Assembly (NCBI RefSeq): GCF_000281045.1
Contig: NW_008246109.1
Coordinates: 459,486 to 479,485 of the forward strand
Source: Saprolegnia diclina VS20
Lineage: Eukaryota
DNA: 20,000 nucleotides
Direction of reading: 5' to 3'
The notes under the pieces are model-generated. The model was not told the origin of the DNA, made no database searches, and saw nothing but the letters and a program-made list of their open reading frames with translations. Both the position numbers and the translations under genes were made by a program. This document shows positions 18,940-20,000 of the stretch, in pieces (the first letter of the stretch is position 1; every line of letters starts with the position of its first letter).

Positions 18940-19497
18940 TATGCCACGAGATCTTCACATTAAAATCTAGAACTCGGAAGACCTACCTCCACTATTCAAT
19001 AACGTTCTGAACCTGCGCTCCAGTTGGAATTCTGCTTGCGTTTGATCGGACACAAGATCAAGCTTCTGCTTGGGCGTTCTCATACAGTGCGCCGAATGCG
19101 GCTATTCTCACACCGCAAAACGGCCTTCGCGCGTAAGGTTACCCGTCACGTACGGTAGCCTCAGTCGTGAGCCAGACAAAGAACCAAGTGGCGAACCAGC
19201 GCGCGGATCAGCTCGAGGCTTGTTGATTGGCTGATTTCACGCCGACCACAGCTGCGATTGGTGGCCTTTGCAACGCCACCGGCAGTTGAGTCGCGAATTC
19301 ATGCGCCTCAATCAAGGAAACACGACTTGACCTTAATGCATTAATGCACTCTGCGAGATCCATACTATGTGGGGTGCCGACGATGGCAAGTGGTTGTATT
19401 CACTAGCTCCAGAATAATCCTAAACGGCCACGGAACTCGCTCACGAAATGCGTTCGTTGCGCTTGTCAATCAGCGTGAAACCGAAACCCAAAAATCA

Positions 19498-19797
19498 ATG
19501 TTGCGGCGTATTGGCATCGCCCTGCGCGTCGTGCTGGTCTTGGTGCTCCTGAGCTGCGTTGCGTAGGCAGCTATTTCGCATCGACGGAGGTCGATCACGT
19601 GCTGGCGGCGTAGGCAGCCCGTCTTCTTCTCGACCGCGAGCGCCATCGAGCCCGTCTTCGTGTTCCCGCTTCTCCTCGTGACACTCGTCTTTAGCTGCCG
19701 CGAATGTGTTCCTGTCGCGTGCCAAGCCGTCCAAGACGCGTACAAACCTCCTTCGCACCCGCCCTTCCGCGATCGGCCCGAACTCTACTACGTGTGA
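19498..19797 (+). CDS. Small two-exon hydrophobic protein, 82 aa. Exons 19498-19562 and 19614-19797
   Basis: Removing a 51-nt GTAGGC...GCGTAG intron gives MLRRIGIALRVVLVLVLLSCVAQPVFFSTASAIEPVFVFPLLLVTLVFSCRECVPVACQAVQDAYKPPSHPPFRDRPELYYV*. Codons are GC3-rich, sequence after the stop is AT-rich, and ATTGG boxes lie at 19226 and 19257. Confidence 0.6.
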
Positions 19798-19823
19798 TTT
19801 TTCTCGGTTAAAATACTCCTTGG

Positions 19824-19951
19824 TTATGGGTTTGCCCTGCACCATCACGCGTCCCTTGGCCCTTTGCGACTCGCTCGGAAACAGAACGTACACGTCGAGG
19901 GCGTGGGGTCGGCCCATGAGGTCGTCACGATTTTCTTTTTTGCTCAAAACA
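19824..19951 (-). CDS. Possible last two exons (19951-19892 and 19836-19824) of a gene entering from beyond the window
   Basis: Acceptor TTCCTCTCAG ends at 19952, and a 55-nt GTACGT...GTGCAG intron spans 19891-19837. The spliced frame reads VLSKKENRDDLMGRPHALDVANP*. No recognisable homology. Confidence 0.3.
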
Positions 19952-20000
19952 CTGAGAGGAAACTAATTCTCTCCTCGCCCACTTTGCTCCGACTTGCCAG

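Noticed and set aside
19495..19947. 150-aa minus-strand ORF as a single gene
   Set aside because: It has a non-ATG start, and most of it is antisense to the better-supported spliced + strand gene. Only its 5' part may be a real exon.
1..20000. CRISPR arrays, operons, rRNA or prokaryotic defence systems
   Set aside because: The DNA is eukaryotic and intron-containing; no regularly spaced repeats or rRNA-like sequence were seen.

Overview
Gene-dense eukaryotic DNA, most likely from an oomycete (probably Saprolegniales). This is inferred from GC3-rich exons, 39-55 nt GT-AG introns and Inr/FPR-like and CCAAT promoter motifs. I hand-spliced three conserved multi-exon genes: PUS10 (+, 9 exons, 494 aa), a compact Mot1/BTAF1 SNF2 ATPase (-, 8 exons, 1463 aa) and a PLK1-like polo kinase (+, 8 exons, 596 aa). 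The window also holds a PX-domain gene, a vWA-family-like protein that appears to lack the vWA domain, three microprotein genes (one visible only after splicing), a probable decayed LINE and a 495-N assembly gap. Two IAH1-like SGNH hydrolase C-terminal fragments bracket the PLK locus in inverted orientation. I cannot support a wholly new multi-gene system. The best leads are a PLK promoter with animal-like G2/M architecture, a PLK polo-box with substituted phosphopeptide-binding residues, the inverted SGNH duplication and the vWA-less protein. Family calls come from motif recognition by eye; no searches were run.
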